Of a stretch of 64,000 nt of DNA, positions 13,466-26,874 are shown in pieces. The position numbers and the translations under genes were made by a program. This DNA is from Eledone cirrhosa. Its lineage: Eukaryota. The DNA lies in assembly GCA_964016885.1 (NCBI GenBank), contig OZ024750.1, positions 22,940,001 to 23,004,000 of the forward strand, read 5' to 3'. The notes below the pieces were generated by a model that worked only from the letters and a program-made list of their open reading frames with translations, searched no databases and was not told the origin of the DNA. Numbering within the stretch: the stretch's first letter is position 1; each line of letters begins with the position of its first letter.

Positions 13466-13795
13466 AAAAAAAAATCAGTCTGTGAACGCAGAAGTAAATA
13501 TTTCGAAAAACGTTGCAAGCGAAGGAAGACAGGAAGACGATACTTTGGTTCGTGAAGACGTTCCCTGGCAATGAACGGAAAAAAGCGAAGATAATACGTC
13601 GTTATGTGGAGTGATGAGAACAATTACACGCAAAGACAAAACCACGTTTATGGTATAAGTGCAGTCATTTGACTAATATTCTATTTAGGAATATTTTAAT
13701 AAATATTTTCTCTAGGGGTTCTTATATATTTGATATATATTTATCCTTATCGAGCCCTCTTTGGAGTTTAGTCTTCACATTTAATTGTTATTACG

Positions 13796-13856
<61 letters not shown>

Positions 13857-13939
13857 TGTGTAGCGGAGCTTATCTTCTCTCCAGGTCTGTACATAGCCGA
13901 TTTCTTCTAGAAAAGGGGAGAGAGAGAGAGGGAGGGGGT

Positions 13940-14470
13940 TATAGTGTATTGCTGTAGTGATGATGGTGGTGTTGTAGTAGTTTGGTTGTAGGGGTGTTGG
14001 TGTGGCGGTGGTGTAGTGGTGATTTAGTGGTGGTTTGGTGAAGGTGCTGTTGTAGTGTTGGTGGAGGTGTAGTGGTGGTGTAGTGTTTTGGTGGTGTAGT
14101 GTTTTGGTGGTGTAGTATTGATGGTGGAGTAGTGTCAGTTGTAATGTAGCTTTGGTGGTGATTTAGTGGTGGTTTTGGTGGAGGTGGTGGTGTAGTGTTG
14201 AGGGTGTTGTGTAGTGGTGGTGATGTAGTGTTGGTTCTGTAGTGGTGTGACAGGTGGCATGAGTGTGGGTGGTGTGGGGTGGTAGTAGTGGTGATGTAGT
14301 GTCAGTGTAGTGGAGATGTAGTGGTGTTGTGAAGGTGGGGTGGTGTTGTGAAGGTGGTGGTGGTGGTGTGGTGGCATGATCGAGTATAGGATGGCAGGGG
14401 ATTATGGTGGTGGTATGGTGGTGGTATAGTGGTGTGGGATGTAAGAGGAGGATGTAGGTGACTGTTGACA
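13940..14470. repeat. Degenerate GT-rich (GTAGTGGTG) low-complexity repeat
   Basis: Directly visible. Confidence 0.85.
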
Positions 14471-14736
14471 TTGGAATGTCGCGAAGATCGATAAAACGAA
14501 CACAAGGTATAACAGAATAGGAATATCAGAATAGGCTTAACAGTTTGCTGGAATGTAGCAGCTTGTGGAATTGGAAGGTGGTGGTGGCTGAAAAGATGGA
14601 GGGGGAGGGAACTGAGGAAGAGAGAGAGGGGAAGGGGAGAGGGGGAGGGATTTAATTATATATATATATATATACAATTTAATATATAAATGGCTTGTAC
14701 AGGACTAGAACTGTTTCATTCCTAAGAAATCATCAG

Positions 14737-14788
14737 GGCTTTCCTGATGATTTCTTACGAATGAAACAGTTCTAGTCCTGTAGAAGCC
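14737..14788 (+). ncRNA. Hammerhead ribozyme motif inside a head-to-head palindrome (14676-14804)
   Basis: GGCTTTC-CTGATGA-TTTC(TTAC)GAAT-GAAA-CAG(TTCTAGTC)CTG-TA-GAAGCC; same family at 43602-43727. Confidence 0.75.
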
Positions 14789-14824
14789 ATTTCTATATTA
14801 AATTTTGTATATACTCTACTAATG

Positions 14825-15024
14825 NNNNNNNNNNNNNNNNNNNNNNNNNNNNNNNNNNNNNNNNNNNNNNNNNNNNNNNNNNNNNNNNNNNNNNNNNNNN
14901 NNNNNNNNNNNNNNNNNNNNNNNNNNNNNNNNNNNNNNNNNNNNNNNNNNNNNNNNNNNNNNNNNNNNNNNNNNNNNNNNNNNNNNNNNNNNNNNNNNNN
15001 NNNNNNNNNNNNNNNNNNNNNNNN
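14825..15024. other. Assembly gap (200 N)
   Basis: Run of N. Confidence 1.
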
Positions 15025-15438
15025 TATACGATATCGCTCACCGACTTCTCTTCACCAGACTCACTCCGGCCGCTCCTAGCTTTAATAACAATTATACAGC
15101 AGACTTATGATAAAAGGCATTCCAGCCGTGACCATACCGCCGTCTTCTGAGATTGCATTGTCATTTATTCATACGGTATCGCTCACCGACTTCTCTTCAC
15201 CAGACTCACTCCGGCCGCTCCTAGCTTTAATAACAATTATACAGCAGACTTATGATAAAAGGCATTCCAGCCGTGACCATACCGCCGTCTTCTGAGATTG
15301 CATTGTCATTTATTCATACGGTATCGCTCACCGACTTCTCTTCACCAGACTCACTCCGGCCGCTCCTAGCTTTAATAACAATTATACAGCAGACTTATGA
15401 TAAAAGGCATTCCAGCCGTGACCATACCGCCGTCTTCT
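15025..15438. repeat. 145-bp tandem repeat, about 2.9 near-identical copies
   Basis: TATCGCTCACCGACTTCTCTTCACCAG... recurs every 145 bp and abuts the gap. Confidence 0.9.
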
Positions 15439-15970
15439 CTTCATAACACTCACCCCTATGGATCCTAACATTTACAATTCTTTACGTTCAACGGTTCAAA
15501 TGCTTCGAGATCAACCCAGCCTTTCATCGTTACGGGTCGATAAAATAAAATACCAATCATCTACTAGGGTAGACATAATCGACCTTCTCCAAAATTACTG
15601 GTTTTTGCAGCATAGAGTTACTGCCCTTTATGATCTGAGTTCAAATCCCGCCGAGGTTAACTTTGCCTTTCATCCTTACGAGGTCGGTAAAATAAAGTAC
15701 CAGTCACGCACCTTAGCGGGTCGATTTAATCGACTTTCCCCTCCTCCCAAATTGCTGGCCTTGTGCCTAAATCAGAAATCACTATTTGTGGTCGGTAGAA
15801 TGGCAGTATCGGTAGAGCGTCATGCAAAACATTTGCGGCTTTTAGTTACGACTTTTTGTCAACTGTGCCTTTCATCGTTACGAGGTCAATTGTAGGGTTT
15901 TAAAGCTGGCGGTGCATGTCTCTCTCCAGGTTTGAAGATAACCGATTTATTGTAGGCGGAAGAGGAGGAG

Positions 15971-16018
<48 letters not shown>

Positions 16019-16357
16019 ATTAATCCCAGTACTTGATTGATACTTTGTCATCTCTATTTATCAAATCATGACGCCGGCAATGATTTGAAGTAGGAATGCA
16101 AAGAGGGAACCAGTACGAATGTGACGTTCTAACAACTCAGCTCATTCGTTCAACTATATATAGTAATTTTGGAGAGCGATTGGCACTGACAAACATTTCT
16201 AAAGCCCACTGAAATACCATGATAGACATACAGCTAAGTGCCTTGAATGGCTCCCCATCGACTGACTGCACCAGATGATATTGAAATGAAGTAAGTATAT
16301 AGAGAATGATCGGAATCCACATAGCTGTAATATAAACATTACTAATGAATTCCAGTA

Positions 16358-16542
16358 TCGGTGGATTGGCAGTATCGGTAGAGAGTCGGACGCCATGCTT
16401 TGAAGCATAGAGTTACGTCCCTTTATGATCTGAGTTCAAATCCCGCCGAGGTTAACTTTGCCTTTCATCCTTACGGGGTCGATAAAATAAAGTACCAGTA
16501 ATGTACTGAGTAATTTCTGGCCTTGTGCCTAAAATAGAAACA
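16358..16542 (+). mobile_element. SINE family A with TSD
   Basis: Family A consensus; ATTACTAATGAA at 16338-16349 and 16543-16554. Confidence 0.9.
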
Positions 16543-17596
16543 ATTACTAATGAAATCTAGATGTTGTTTGATAATAACCACACTAACCAATAAACCACGC
16601 CTTTTCTCCGCATATATATATATATGTTTTGTGTGTGTGTGTGTGTGTGCGTGTGTGTGCGCGTATGTTTGCGTGTGTGTATGTTTGTGTGTGTGTATGT
16701 TTGTGTGTGGTGTTTGTGTTTGTGTGTGTGTGTATGTGTGTGTGTGTGTGTAAAAGGTAAACAGAAATAACAACACAAGTTGTTATTTTTAGTTTACAAT
16801 TTCCTGCTTGAAATAGCAGGAAGAGAGTCTTAACGTTTCGGACGCTAGTTCTTCATCGAAAGAAGGGATGAAAAATTAAAAGAATTGAAGGGACGATGCA
16901 TTTTGTCCCGCGTTCTAACGATACTGCCAATCAACCCGCCCTCCCGCCTATATAAAAATCTAAGGTCTGTCTCGAGGCCGGAATCTTACCAGTCCGGTGC
17001 TTATCCCGGTTTCTTTGGCATTAAGCAACTGAGGGTACACGACTGCGGCCACGCAGGGGCACCGCATTGATTTAGTCGATCATATTTTTTTCAAGTCAGA
17101 TGCTTATATGCTATATGATCTTCAGTAGTTTTCCGTCTACCGAATTGCACACACACTTACAAGTCATTGGCTAACGTGGGTCTATTGTAGACGAAACTTG
17201 CCCAAGGTGCCGTGCCGTGGGATCGAACCCAGAGCCATGTGGCTGCGAAGTGGACTCGCCTTAATCACATATCTAAGACTGCACCCATATAGAATGATAG
17301 GAATTCACGTAGCTGAAATGTCTACATTACTAATAAAAATCTAGAAGATATTTGATAATAATAATGTTGAGGAAGGGGGAAAGTCGATTAAATAATAATA
17401 GTAATAATAATAACAATAATATTTCAATTACGTAGAGACACATTGCGCAAGTCATATGAAACCCGTCTTTTAATATGATATAAAATAACCTGGCCCCTAC
17501 CTAAACATGACCTCCTTCTGAATATGTTGTTTAATTTCTTGTGGAGAAGGATTTAAACATAATAAACACACCTTCATTTCCAAGTTCATATTGTGT

Positions 17597-17683
<87 letters not shown>

Positions 17684-17895
17684 ATGTGTGTGTGTATGTG
17701 TGTGTGTACGTGTTCTTTTACACACTTTACTGTCGTGTTGTTAGTCATCCTGTTGGAAAATCGTTCTACACCCTCACTAACTTCCTCATCTCTTTCTTTC
17801 CCACTCCTCAATCTCTCCACCTTGCTCCGACTCTCCACATATCCTCCACCACCCTCTTTATCTATCACTCTACCACTCAACTTCCCTCCTTCTAC

Positions 17896-17979
<84 letters not shown>

Positions 17980-17980
<1 letters not shown>

Positions 17981-18210
17981 AAGAAGAGAACAAAAGGAAG
18001 AAGGGAGCACTTGCACAAGACGCTCCTAACGACGGGGTATTAAACAACCCATTTGTGGCGCTTCCCCCCTATTGGGGATTTCGATTGTTATAATTGTTTG
18101 TTTCAATATTTTTACACGACTGTATGTAAAATCCCTGGCATGTGTCTTTGTATTGTCCCCTTTTCTTGTGCGCCCTTGTGGCAAATAAAGAAATATATCT
18201 ATCTATCTAT
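17980..18210 (+). mobile_element. L1/Tx1-like LINE 3' UTR fragment within (TCTA)n
   Basis: Matches 24270-24510; flanked on both sides by TCTA repeats. Confidence 0.8.
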
Positions 18211-19167
18211 CTCTCCATTCTATCTATCTGTCTGCTTGGCTGCCTGTCAGTTTGCATGTCTGCCTGCCTGTTTGCTTATCTGATTATCTGTCTCCCTCTA
18301 TCTCTTTAACTATATCCTTCTCTAGCTCTCTTTATTTCCGTCTCTCTATCTTATCTATTTATCTATCTGCTTATTTATCTACTGCTTATCAACCAATCAA
18401 TCGAATTGGCAGAGTCGTTAGAACGATTGATAGAATGTATTGTGTTATTCACTCCGGTTCTCTGAGTTCAAATCTCACGAGGTCAATTTAGCCTTTTACC
18501 ATTTCGAGATCAGTACTGGGTCAATTTTTCCTCTATCTCATTTTCCCATTCTCTCTTCCCCTCATCTCTCTCTTTCTCCTTGCACCTTTTCTCTCTTTCT
18601 TTCGGAGGATTCAGCTGTGTTCAGACCTGGAGAGGTATGAGTTTCATCAAGTTTTAAATGTCCACGACATACCGTATATCACGACAGTTCCCTACGTCAC
18701 TATCAGTAGTTCAGGGCCAATGAATGAATGGATAGATGGATGGATGTCAAATATAGAAGGAATAATCAACAGTCACTGATATTTACATTTCGAAAAACAA
18801 TGAAATATTTTGAAAGTATCTTAAATTCAAATTCGTACGGGAAGGTATCATGAAGTTTAATCAATAATATCTATTATAAGACAACACAAAACCGATTTAT
18901 ATGTTCATTATCATTATTATTTAATTTATAGTTCAAATCCCGCCGAGGTTAACTTTGCCTTTCATCCTTACGGGGTCAATAAAATAAAGTACCAGTAATG
19001 CACTGGATAATTGCTAGCCTTGTGCCAAAAGTAGAAACAATTATTATTTAATTTCCAGTATTGAAAAATCCTGGGAAATATTTATATTGTTAATGAATAA
19101 TAAGAATAAATATCTGCTGGATATAGAAAGATCAGTGTTTAAAAAGTCAGCCATATTTGTTTTCAGT

Positions 19168-19520
19168 GGACGCAGCATGGCTGAATAGTTAAGAATTTCA
19201 TTTCGCAATCATTAGGTCCCGGGTTCGATCCCACTGTGTGATATATTAGGCAATTGTCATTTATCATAGTATCGAGTCAATTCAATCCTTCTGAGTGAAA
19301 TGTGGTAGACGAAAACTATTTGGAAACATCGGGTGGACTGTACTCGTAATTGAAAGAGTCAGCATTGTAACATACTGTCACGCTGAATCTCCTCAAGAAT
19401 TACATTAATGGTACACTTGTCTGTGAAGTGCACGGTCACTTACACATTAATTTTACGAGCAGGCTGTTCCATTGATCGAACAACTGGAACACTCATCATC
19501 GAAACTGACGGAGGACCATT
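19168..19520 (+). mobile_element. tRNA-derived SINE family B, full-length
   Basis: TGGCTGAATAGTT A-box-like motif, GGTTCGATCCC B-box; colinear with 11-790 once the RTE insert is removed. Confidence 0.8.
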
Positions 19521-20964
19521 TGTTTTCCATTGATATTCGTAGTTGGAATGTTAATGACACTATAAGCTGACAAGAGAGCTAATCTTATTGAACGAAGGAA
19601 TGGAATTCGGTGAACGACTCATTGGAAACAATAAGGATAATTTGTACTGAATGGAACAGCAGACGATAGCAATGATTTTTCGGTAAGAGACAGACGACTC
19701 AAAAGATTATAGTTACATTGTTTAAGTCACGAATATTATATTTCCTAGTTAATCAAAAGACAATGTTGTAGTTGTCATTTTGGTAGAAACATATTCTTGA
19801 CCTTCGTCATTTCTGCAGTAAATAATACCGAAACTTATGAATTAATTAATTGTTGAGAGGTTTTCTACACACTTAAAATGATATTGGACAATATATGGTT
19901 CAACTTGAGACAATAAAGAACAGCCAGGCCCAGGACCTTGTTGGTGTTTCTCTCTTATAGGCTTATAAAGCCTAACATTATTTTAAGGTAGTAGGACAGT
20001 GGATTGGCAGATACATTTGAGCGACCAACAAATGGTTAGCATTACTTGTTTCAGCTCCAACCGAGGCTAACTTTGCCTTTCATCCTTCCGAGTTCGATAA
20101 AATAAAGGACAAATCAAGTATTGGGGTCGATTTAATGGACCCCACCCTCTCTAAATTGTTGGCCTTGTGTCAAAAGTAGAAACAAATATTTTTATGCGGT
20201 TGATGGCAGAATCGTTAGAGAGTCGGCCTTACATTATTTCTTGCTTTGCGTTATTTGTTTTTGTGTTCTGCGTTCAGATCCCACGAGGACGATAAAATAA
20301 ACTACCAATCATACCGCGTTGATTTAATCGAGCAACCTCTACTCAAATTTGAGGTATTACTCCTCTGTTAGAAATTTTTATAAGGGATGCTGTATGTCTT
20401 CCAGCTTTTAACGTTCTGCGTTCAAATCCTGCCGAGGTTAACTTTGCTTTGTATCCTTCATTTATCATACAAAGTCATGTATCGGCAGGGTATGATTTGA
20501 GGGAAATTTGGCTACTATTTTTAGCGGGTCAAGTGATAGCGTAGGGTTGACTCACTGACGTAGATCGTAACATGTGATTATATTATCAATGATGAAAACA
20601 TAATGTCTCAGGTGAAACTCTAGTGCGTATCATTTACCATAGCCTCGGATCAACCCAAGCCATGTGAATGAAATTGAGTAGACGGAAAGTGTGTGGAAGC
20701 CCATCAAATGGATTGTATCATTAATTCGAAATTTCAACTTCATCACATAGTGTCTTGCTAATTCAACTTGAGGATTATGTCAAGAGTACATGCTCCTGTG
20801 GAGTACTCAGCCACTTATATGCTAATTTGACGAGTCGAGCTTTCATTTGATCAAACATCTGAATCGTCATTGTCGAAACCGACGAAGATCCCATATTTTA
20901 TAATATATTGTAATATGACATAATGTGATAAATTTTATTACAAGACCACAAAGCAGATAATTAT

Positions 20965-21325
20965 AATTATTTCTACTTTTGGAAACGTAAGGATGAAAGG
21001 CAAAGTTAACCTCGGTGGGATTTGAACTCAGAACGCAAAGGGACATAACTCTATGCTGCAAAGTATAGATTCTGATGCTCTACCGATACTGCCAATCCAC
21101 CGCCCTAATAAGGATTTGTAGCATAGGCACAAGGCCAGTAATTTAGGGGGAGGGGAAAGTCCATTAAATCAACCCAGTACGTTACTGGTGCTTTATGTTA
21201 TCGACCCCGAAAGGATGAAAAGCAAAGTTAACCTTGGCGGGATTTTAACTCGGCCCGTAAAGGACCATAACTCTATGCTGCAAAACATGGTATCCGACCT
21301 TCTACCGATACTCCAATCCACTGCT
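20965..21325 (-). mobile_element. Two family A SINEs in tandem
   Basis: Reverse-complement matches to the family A consensus. Confidence 0.85.
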
Positions 21326-21723
21326 CTAATAATAATTGATAATAGTTGAATAAATCGAAAACAAGAAAAGAAAGTGAACAGAGACATCTCGGGGAATCGA
21401 GCCACGCATCCAAATTTGGCATCTCATTGAATAAAGCACTGAAACAATCAACAAATATTTTGGAATGTTTGTGAATGTCATCTGATATTTGGCACCAATA
21501 GGCTGTTGGTGTTTATTACCATTGTCTGGCAATGAATGGAACTTGTTAATAATAGACATATCAATAACAAATATCGAATATTAATCTGTTCATAAATAAA
21601 TTATAAGTCTTGTTTCGACGACCAATATTTCAGCTGTTCAATCAACAGAACTATTTATTCATTGAATTATAGTGTACAAGACTGAATGTATCGAGGCCCG
21701 TGCAAAATTGGTAATAGGTCCAG

Positions 21724-21945
21724 ACAAGATGTTAAATGTAGGCTCTCAAAACTGTAATTGTTTCTACTTTAGGCACAAGGCCAGCAATTACCCAGTGCAT
21801 TACTGGTACTTTATTTTATCGACCCCGTAAGGATGGTTGATAAAATAAAGTACCAGTAATGCACTGGGTAATTGCTGGCCTTGTGCCTAAAGTAGAAACA
21901 ATTACAGTTTTGAGAGCCTACATTTAACATCTTGTAAACTGTAAT
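21724..21945. mobile_element. Truncated family A SINE with fold-back inverted duplication and TSD
   Basis: Arms 21724-21820 / 21839-21935 are exact reverse complements; AAACTGTAAT at 21749-21758 and 21936-21945. Confidence 0.85.
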
Positions 21946-23109
21946 GACAGGCCAGATGTAAAATTTAAACCCATAAAACCGGTAGAAAAAAATGTTTTGC
22001 GAGCCGCCGAGAATCGAACTCTCCCACACATATATATTTAATATACGTTTACGAATCATAATAGATAAATAAAAGAACAAATTATATTGCATCATTAATA
22101 AATGACATCATAGACTGATATATCTGTATGATAACTGTAATGTCTGTTATCATGAAATTGTTAATAGACAATGTATATATAATATTAGTCGTTATAATTG
22201 TTTCTACTTTTGGTACAAGGCCAGCAAATACCCAGTGCATTACTGGTACTTTATTTTATCGACCCCGTAAGGATGAAAGGCAAAGTTAACCTTGGTGTCG
22301 GATAGAATGCTTTACGGTATTCGTTCCGGTTCTCTGCTCTTTGAGTTTAAATCCCGCCGAGGTCAACTTTGTCTTTCAGGTCTATTAAAAAAGTACCAGT
22401 CTAGTACTGGGGTCGATTCTTCCTTTATATCTCTTTCTCGTTTCCTTTCTCTTACTTCCTATCTTTCTCTGGAAGAAATCTGCTGTACTCAGCCCTGGAG
22501 AGGGATGGGATCCGCCAGGCTTAAAATCCCTAAGTCGTAGGGACACCGTATTGACATACGGAGCCCCTACGATTCTATCAGGAGTTACGGGACCATACAT
22601 ATATAACATTCCGCCAATCCAATGCTTTTGATTAATACTTAAACAGGTAAATTTCCGTTTTAACGAATACCCTTATAACGAATTTTTCAGGAAAACTACC
22701 AAAACACACATCTATTTCTATATGCGCTACAATTTATATACATATTATGTTTATCGCATATCGAATTTTTTTTTTGTATACACTACAACTAATTTACACC
22801 CCCCTCCCCTCACCAATTCAGAAATGGTTCCACCGTCCATGACTGGTACTTTATGCTCTCGACAGAGAACTGGGACAAGTATCACAAGACTGTCTAATGT
22901 CACTGCCAATTCTCCGTCTTAAACATGCAATGTTAAAGTGTTAATTATAACACAGTAAACACTATATTAAACTAGCACACAATAGAAAAGTGGTGAATGT
23001 GAAGTCTTTTCAATTGATGTATTATTTAAGAATATATATATCATGACTGTCATCAGTCTTCCTTGCCTAACAACTGCCACAACAACACAATGTCTATTGT
23101 AGTAGAAAG

Positions 23110-23155
<46 letters not shown>

Positions 23156-23268
23156 AATATTTATATATATATATATACATACATAAATATTTATATATAT
23201 ATATATATTGAGTATGTGTTGGTTGTTTACCGACACCTCAGTATGCAGGTAGGAGCATAAATATATAT

Positions 23269-23317
<49 letters not shown>

Positions 23318-23448
23318 CACGCACATATATATATATATGATAAATATATATATATATATGCATACATACACAAACATACATACACACACACGCGCGCATA
23401 TATATATATATATGATAAATATATATATATATGCATACATACACACAC

Positions 23449-23511
<63 letters not shown>

Positions 23512-23789
23512 CTTACATACATACAATACCTAGGACAACATAAATAGTTTCTGACATCTGGAATTAGGTTATTTTCACAAGAAATACTTTTATTTACCTT
23601 CCGCATAGTTTAAATAATACAATTAAAATGGGAAATACTCACGTACTTAAGATTTGCTTTCTGTGTAAGTCTAGAGTTCTCAAAAATATTTACGTCGGAG
23701 ACACGATTTTTAAAAATAAAATATTTTCATGAAACATTAGTTTCGTTAGCGAAATTGCCAATCTATATGTTGAAATTATTTTATTTGGG

Positions 23790-24510
23790 AGAATGGAGCG
23801 CACAACTTGGAAAAGGGGCACACATTGTTGGGTTAATCTAGGGCAAAGGTTCTCAAAGTGGCTAGGACATTGAAACCGTCTTGCACGCAATTGTACACTG
23901 CCCGGGCGTAAACGACCTGTGGAACTACGCAGAACAACTGCTGTCGCGTAAGGGACAAATCCAGTTGACTGCCGAGCCCATAGTAAGGATCAAACCGCCA
24001 GCCTCTTTCAAAAACGAAAGAGAGGCGGTTTTCTTCTGTACAGTGGCTATGGTGAAAGAGGTTATATGGTGGACGAGATTGAGAGGACTGAGGACAGATG
24101 CCTTTCTCTCCGGACAACAATTGATTCCCTTCTTTAAGTATCACTTTAGAAGGAGAATCAGAGTGGAGAAAGAGGCACTGCACCCCACTAAATTTACGTA
24201 AAGGTGGGTGAATGAAGCGAAAATGACCCGAGTGTTTAGGCCTTCTCTGTTTATAAGCCTGTAGGTTAAAAAAGAGAACAAAAGGAAGAAGGGAGCAATT
24301 GCACAACACGCTCCTGAAGTTGAGGGTTGTTCTATCGACGAGGTATTAAACAACCTATTTGTGGCGCTTCCCCCCTATTGGGGATTTCGATTGTTATAAT
24401 TGTTTGTTTTATATTTTTTACACGACTGTATGTAAAATCCCCGGCATGTGTCTTCGTATTGTCCCCTTTTCTTGTGCGCCCTTGTGGCAAATAAAGAAAT
24501 ATATCTATCT
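23790..24510 (+). mobile_element. L1/Tx1-clade LINE 3' end: ORF2 C-terminal remnant plus 3' UTR
   Basis: ETVLHAIVHCPGVNDLWNY...KEVIWWTR...RRRIRVEKE..F.*RW resembles the zf-RVT/CCHC-to-C-terminus region of L1/Tx1 ORF2; ends AATAAAGAAATATATCTATCTA. Confidence 0.75.
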
Positions 24511-24729
24511 AGCTAACTTGCGAATCCAGAGTCAGGTTCGATCCACAAACTGATCGCACCTCGAGTTGTTCGCCGGAGAAACAATTGTAATACGTAATAA
24601 ATTGTGTTCCAATGCATAACTGATTCTTCGTTTTCCATTTTATCATACTCTACTCCGAAGGAGCATAGAGTGCTTAACCGGCATACAGCCTATGGAAGCA
24701 TCTTTGCACCCTTACGACATATCTATCTA

Positions 24730-25038
24730 TAGGTGGGTGAATGAAGCGAAAATGGCCCGAGTGATTGGGCCTTCTCTGTTTATAAGCCTGTAGGTTGAGG
24801 AAGAGAGCAAAAGGAAGAAAGGAGCACTTGCACAACACGCTCCTTGAGTTGAGGGTTGTTCTATCGACGGGGTATTAAACAACCCATTTGTGGCGCCTCC
24901 CCCCTATTGGGGATTTCGATTGTTGAAATTGTTTGTTTTTATATTTTTTACACGACTGTATGTAAAATCCCAGGCATGTCTTTGTATTGTCCCCTTTCTT
25001 GTTGCGCCCTTGTGGCTAATAAAGAAATCTATCTATCT
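24730..25038 (+). mobile_element. Third Tx1-like 3' fragment, TCTA-flanked
   Basis: Matches 24202-24510; preceded by ATCTATCTAT and followed by ATCTATCTATCTAT. Confidence 0.8.
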
Positions 25039-25074
25039 ATATGGTCCACCTGGTATCTTACCACACCCTCTTTG

Positions 25075-25110
<36 letters not shown>

Positions 25111-25273
25111 CAAAAGGGTGTGGTAAGATACCAGGTGGACTATAACGCACTAGAGTACTCAATACTTAGGGTAGTAGAGTGGGTAATAGGAAAAGAGCTC
25201 CGGCAGCTAGATACGAACGCTGTCGAAATAGCAGGAGCTCAGCCGTTGGGGTCCTGACTCCCCCTCCCCATAC

Positions 25274-25315
<42 letters not shown>

Positions 25316-25637
25316 ATGATGTATATATACAAACGCACACACACTTGTACATACATATATATATATATATATATACGATGGGCTTTTGCAGTTTCTTTTT
25401 ACGTAAACACCCAGATGCCGGTCATGGCTTATCTCATTATTTGATTTCCTACATCTGGTAGTCTGGTATGTTGAGAGAAGAATTAGATGTGTATTATAGT
25501 TGAAAGTAGCGTCTTGGGGAAATTATAATTTATTATTTCTCTAGTTTGCACCTGTCTACATTTTTCATTATTACATCTTTCTCTTCCTTCGTGTATAGCA
25601 TTACTATAGGTAGACTTGTACACACATACAAGCAGGT

Positions 25638-25747
<110 letters not shown>

Positions 25748-25771
25748 TTTTACTTTTCCATCTTGGTCACT

Positions 25772-25817
<46 letters not shown>

Positions 25818-25855
25818 TGAACAAGATGGAAAAGCAAAACACATTATTTAACATA

Positions 25856-26139
25856 TTTCTAAAGGAAACTCTGAAAAAAAACCCCAAAAAAACCTGCGGC
25901 TTCGGAAATATCCATTGATGTTGACCAGTTCTCCTTTTCGGATATAATTTTCCATGCTCAGAGAGTGGGATTGGTCGAGTGCAGGGCCTTTCCTCACTTA
26001 AAAAAAAACCCTTCAAAGCACAGGCATTGCTCGTTGAGGATATGTTACAGGTTCGTGTGGCTGGCCGTAGCCTAAAAGTGCACCAAACTCTATAATCTGA
26101 CAAGCGATTGCAATGCTCTTAGCAGAGTTTGCAGCCACC

Positions 26140-26142
<3 letters not shown>
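25856..26142 (+). mobile_element. 5'-truncated copy of the element at 41935-42445
   Basis: Colinear with the reverse complement of 41938-42190. Confidence 0.75.
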
Positions 26143-26167
<25 letters not shown>

Positions 26168-26188
<21 letters not shown>

Positions 26189-26396
26189 AACGAGTAGGAC
26201 CCCGACGGCTGAGCTCAAGCCGTTTCGACGGCTAATTCTGGACTCCAGAATTGAGTCCAGAATTAGCCGTCGAAACGGCTTGAGCTCAGCCGTCGGCGTC
26301 GGGGTCCTACTCGTTCCTATTACCCACTCGACTACCCTAAGTATTGAGTACTTTGGTGCGTTATGGTCCACCTGGTTCCTTACCACATTTCCTTCG

Positions 26397-26398
<2 letters not shown>
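26168..26398 (+). mobile_element. Family P1 TA-flanked element with inverted 5' segment
   Basis: Palindrome 26168-26318 centred on the GACGGCTA...TAGCCGTC hairpin; the long arm continues to (TA)n. Confidence 0.75.
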
Positions 26399-26467
<69 letters not shown>

Positions 26468-26673
26468 GTATTTCCGTAGAAAAGGTAAAGGAAAGAAGAG
26501 TGCTCTATGTATAGTACAGAGCTATTTATTTATATAATAAACAACACAATATAAATATTCCATTTTCATTTAATGAACGAACTGGACGTTTCTGTTAGAA
26601 TCGTCTAATTTATCGAAACCTTAGGTAATGGAATAATTATATTGTGTTCTTTATAGTACAGTATGTATATATA

Positions 26674-26874
<201 letters not shown>

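Noticed and set aside
13670-13760. Possible PLE GIY-YIG ORF end upstream of the 13415 HHR (minus strand)
   Set aside because: Requires several assumed indels in very AT-rich sequence; not supportable by eye
15025-15438. 145-bp tandem array as a functional unit
   Set aside because: Abuts an assembly gap, so copy number is unreliable; the unit resembles a dispersed repeat (compare 30540-30590 on -)
21380-21590. Non-repetitive segment as a coding exon
   Set aside because: In-frame stops follow the candidate acceptors, and I recognise no protein motif
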